Shown here: in pieces, positions 61,296 to 64,000 of the stretch
Layout of the letters: every line of letters starts with the position of its first letter
Position numbering within the stretch: position 1 is the first letter of the stretch
Assembly (NCBI GenBank): GCA_035507415.1
Contig: DATJOF010000016.1
Span: 4,978 to 68,977, forward strand
Length of the DNA stretch: 64,000 nt
Direction of reading: 5' to 3'
Origin: Solirubrobacteraceae bacterium
GTDB lineage: Bacteria; Actinomycetota; Thermoleophilia; Solirubrobacterales; Solirubrobacteraceae
Made by a program: the position numbers and the translations under genes
The notes under the pieces: model-generated
Told to the model about the DNA's origin: nothing
Databases searched by the model: none
The model's input: the letters and a program-made list of their open reading frames with translations, nothing else

Positions 61296-62477
61296 TCAGG
61301 CGGCGCGCACAGCCGCGGCGGTGGGGGCGCCGCTCTCCTCGCGTCCGGTCTTGGGGGACGTTCCCGAGCTCCCGGCTCCGTTGGGCGTATCCGCGGCTTT
61401 GGCCTTGTCCGCGACCGGCACCGGCCCGCTCCCGTGTCGGCGGATCGGCGTTACGTGATCGTCGCCGATGCCGAGCGCCTTGTAGATCTTGCCTTGGATC
61501 TCGTGGACGATCGCCGGGTTGGCGTCGAGATGTGCCTTTGCTGCCGCGCGACCCTGACCGATGCGATCGCCGCCATAGGAGATGAACGCACCGGACTTGG
61601 AGAGGATGCCGTGCTCGAGCCCGAGATCGATCAGGCAGCCGGAGGTCGAGATGCCCTTGCCGAACTCGATGTCGAACTCGGCCTGGCGGAACGGGGCAGC
61701 GACCTTGTTCTTGACGATCTTCACGCGCACGCGGTTGCCGACCGCTTCGGCCCCGTCCTTGAGCGTCTCGATGCGGCGGATGTCGAGGCGCTGGGAGGCC
61801 GAGAACTTCAGCGCCCGCCCGCCCGGCTGCGTCTCGGGCGAGCCGAACATGACCCCGACCTTTTCGCGGATCTGGTTGGTGAACAGGCACAGCGTCTGCG
61901 TGCGGTTGAGGTTGCCTGCGAGCTTGCGCATCGCCTTGGACATCATCCGTGCCTGCTCGCCGACGGTGGAGTCGTCCATCTGGCCCTCGAGCTCCTTGCG
62001 CGGCGTGAGCGCCGCGACCGAGTCGACCGCGACCACGTCGACCGCGCCGGAGCGCACCAGCATGTCGACGATCTCGAGCGCCTGCTCGCCGTAGTCGGGC
62101 TGGGACACGAGCAGCTCGTCGATGTCCACGCCGATCTCCTTCGCGTACAGCGGGTCCATCGCGTGCTCGGCGTCGATGAAGGCGCAGACCCCGCCGAGCC
62201 GCTGGGCTTCGGCGAGCACGTGGTAGACGAGCGTGGTCTTGCCCGAGGACTCGGGGCCGAAGATCTCGATTATGCGCCCGCGCGGCACTCCGCCGATGCC
62301 GAGCGCCAGATCCAAGGAGATCGCGCCAGTGGGGATCGCCTCCACGCGCACCTGCGCCCCCTCGTCGCCCATGCGCATGACCGTGCCCTTGCCGAACTCC
62401 CGCTCGATCTGCGTCAGCGCCCCCTGCAGGGCGACGTCGCGTGCCTTGGCGGCCTTCTCCTCATCGTTCACGGGCAT
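61296..62477 (-). CDS. recA: Recombinase RecA (divergent L1 region)
   Basis: [34 protein letters not shown] and VKNKVAAPF motifs; RBS gaggag. Confidence 0.97.
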   Translation of the reverse strand: MPVNDEEKAAKARDVALQGALTQIEREFGKGTVMRMGDEGAQVRVEAIPTGAISLDLALGIGGVPRGRIIEIFGPESSGKTTLVYHVLAEAQRLGGVCAFIDAEHAMDPLYAKEIGVDIDELLVSQPDYGEQALEIVDMLVRSGAVDVVAVDSVAALTPRKELEGQMDDSTVGEQARMMSKAMRKLAGNLNRTQTLCLFTNQIREKVGVMFGSPETQPGGRALKFSASQRLDIRRIETLKDGAEAVGNRVRVKIVKNKVAAPFRQAEFDIEFGKGISTSGCLIDLGLEHGILSKSGAFISYGGDRIGQGRAAAKAHLDANPAIVHEIQGKIYKALGIGDDHVTPIRRHGSGPVPVADKAKAADTPNGAGSSGTSPKTGREESGAPTAAAVRAA

Positions 62478-62546
62478 GGTCTGACTCCTCTGGGTCGAGT
62501 TGGCGCAACTGAAGTTGGGCCGACAATGAAATCGACCGCTCCGGAC

Positions 62547-62560
62547 GGAACACTTGTTCG
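62547..62560. promoter_or_regulatory. LexA (SOS) box upstream of recA
   Basis: gGAAC-actt-GTTCg matches the Gram-positive GAAC-N4-GTTC box. Confidence 0.85.
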
Positions 62561-62748
62561 TATCGGGCCTCGGGCATCAGCTGGGTGTGCAGCAGGCCGC
62601 ACACCGGCAGGCGATGCCGCGTAGGCACGCGCGCGCATGGCCTCCAACGAAAGACATCTTGGTCGTATCGGGCCTCGTGCGCAGCAGGCCGCACACCGGC
62701 AGGCCATGCGCATACGCACGCGCGCGCATGGCCTCCGACGAAAGACAT
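62558..62748. repeat. Imperfect ~92-105-bp tandem duplication in the recA upstream region
   Basis: cgtatcgggcctcg at 62559 and 62664; gcagcaggccgcacaccggcaggc at 62589 and 62681; gcatggcctcc(a/g)acgaaagacat twice. Confidence 0.88.
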
Positions 62749-62799
62749 ACGGGCAGACCGCCCCTCTCGCACCGCTTGCGCGCGCTGCTGCCAGCGTGC

Positions 62800-63594
62800 T
62801 CAGCGCTTGTCGCGCAGAGCACGCTCCATCTGCTGCCCGATCTCGAGCGCGCCGAGCCGGCGCACGACCCTGGTGGACAGGTCGGGGGCGAGCTGGGCGA
62901 CGATGGCGCCGCCACGCTGGAGCAGCGGGGCGACGTCGACCTCGCCGCGGTCGTGCTCGATCGCGTCCACGACGCCGCGGGCGACGTCCTGCGGAGAGCG
63001 CGTGCCCGCTCCGGGCGGCAGCTCGACGCCGGACTCGGCGAAGATGCCGGCGTCGCGGATGAAGCCGGGAAAGACGCAGGAGACGCCGACGCCGCTGCCG
63101 AGCAGGTCGCTGCGCAGGCCGGCCGCGAAGCCGCGCAGGCCGAACTTGGTGGCGTGATAGAGCGGGTTGCCCGGCACGACGGTCTTGCCTGCGATCGAGG
63201 AGACGAACAGCAGGTGCCCGCGGCCGCGCGCGAGCATGCCCGGGAGCAGGCCGTGCGCGAGCGCGATCGGGGCGCGCAGGTTGACATCGAGGGTTCGGTC
63301 GAGCTCGGCGACGGTGAACGACTCGAGCCGCCCGGCGGCCGGGATGCCGGCGTTGGCGATCAGGACGTCGACCTCGCCGGCATCGGCCACGACCCGCTCG
63401 ACCGCTGCGGCATCGTCCAGGCTCGCTGCGAGCGTGCGTGCGCCCGCGAGCTCGTCCGCGAGCGCCTGAAGCAGGTCGGTGCGCCGCCCGGTGAGGATCA
63501 GCTCGGCGTCGCGCGCGTACAGCGCACGCGCGATCGCCTGGCCGAGTCCTCCGGTGGCGCCGGTGACGAGCACCGTAGAGCCGGCGATCTGCAT
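62800..63594 (-). CDS. Short-chain dehydrogenase/reductase
   Basis: TGATGGLG, ANAG, NLRAP and YHATK (YxxxK) motifs; -10 TAGGCT 8 nt upstream. Confidence 0.93.
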   Translation of the reverse strand: MQIAGSTVLVTGATGGLGQAIARALYARDAELILTGRRTDLLQALADELAGARTLAASLDDAAAVERVVADAGEVDVLIANAGIPAAGRLESFTVAELDRTLDVNLRAPIALAHGLLPGMLARGRGHLLFVSSIAGKTVVPGNPLYHATKFGLRGFAAGLRSDLLGSGVGVSCVFPGFIRDAGIFAESGVELPPGAGTRSPQDVARGVVDAIEHDRGEVDVAPLLQRGGAIVAQLAPDLSTRVVRRLGALEIGQQMERALRDKR

Positions 63595-63604
63595 CAGCCG
63601 TGAG

Positions 63605-63720
63605 CCTATCCGCATGCAGGTCGCTACATCTATCCCCATGCAGAGCGTTACGCCCATCCGCGTGCAGGGCGTTACCCCTATCCCCGTGCAGGGCGCTACA
63701 CCTATCCCCATGCAGGTCGT
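63605..63720. repeat. 24-bp tandem repeat (~4.8 copies) ending on the miaA start codon
   Basis: Units at 63605, 63629, 63653, 63677 and 63701, consensus cctatccccRtgcagggcgytacm. Confidence 0.93.
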
Positions 63721-64000
63721 CGCGCTGTTCGGTCCCACCGGCGTTGGCAAGACCGCGATCGCGGTGGCGCTGGCGAGCCGGCTGCGCGCGCGCGGCGAGG
63801 ATCCGGTGGCGGTGTCGGCGGACGCGATGCAGGTGTACGCGGGCCTCGAGACGCTGACCGGCGTGGCGAGCACCGAGCAGCAGGCGCAGCTCGAGCATCG
63901 CCTGGTGTCGTTCGTGGCGCTGACCTCGACGTTCAGCGCGGGGCGGTACGCGCAGCTGGCGCATGCTGAGATCGACGGCTTGCTGGGGGCCGGTCGGCGA
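63710..64000 (+). CDS. miaA: tRNA dimethylallyltransferase (5' part; runs off the window)
   Basis: FGPTGVGKT, VSADAMQVY, HRL and FSAGRY motifs; in-frame upstream starts at 63614-63686 are possible. Confidence 0.93.
   Translation, partial: MQVVALFGPTGVGKTAIAVALASRLRARGEDPVAVSADAMQVYAGLETLTGVASTEQQAQLEHRLVSFVALTSTFSAGRYAQLAHAEIDGLLGAGRR

Noticed and set aside
61296-62477. Intein or intron in recA (common in actinobacteria)
   Set aside because: The RecA core is contiguous; the extra length is only a low-complexity C-terminal tail.
62800-63873. 357-aa SDR with a Cys-repeat N-terminus
   Set aside because: The extension overlaps miaA on the opposite strand; a -10 box 8 nt before ATG 63594 supports the shorter start.

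Overview
High-GC actinobacterial chromosome segment. Gene content and protein style point to Thermoleophilia/Solirubrobacterales; this is inferred from recall, not from a search. Most of the window is core genome: secDF-recJ-rel; rnz-pyrR-pyrB-pyrC-(isochorismatase-like)-carA-carB-pyrK-pyrD-mIHF-gmk-rpoZ-coaBC; rimP-nusA-infB-rbfA-nrnA-truB-ribF-rpsO-(Prx)-pnp-M16-dapB-dapA-rnj; an OmpR-type two-component pair; ftsK-rodZ-cinA-thpR; and miaB-recA-SDR-miaA. An accessory stretch at ~9-20 kb holds four things: a P4-less SAM-I riboswitch controlling a threonine-synthase paralog plus a MoaD/ThiS sulfur carrier; a CtaG/membrane-protein cluster with two microproteins; FHA and arylsulfotransferase genes; and a tRNA-Arg(CCG) islet with a frameshift-fused toxin-like/DUF2283 pair. 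Other notable signals are tandem duplications anchored on start or stop codons, a RecA with Asp at the position equivalent to E. coli Gly160 (the recA1 null substitution), a NusA with a C-terminal CCCH motif, long purine/pyrimidine-alternating tracts near the rpoZ and recA promoters, and many apparently leaderless genes. No CRISPR array, integrase, transposase or rRNA was seen. All family assignments come from motif recognition by eye.
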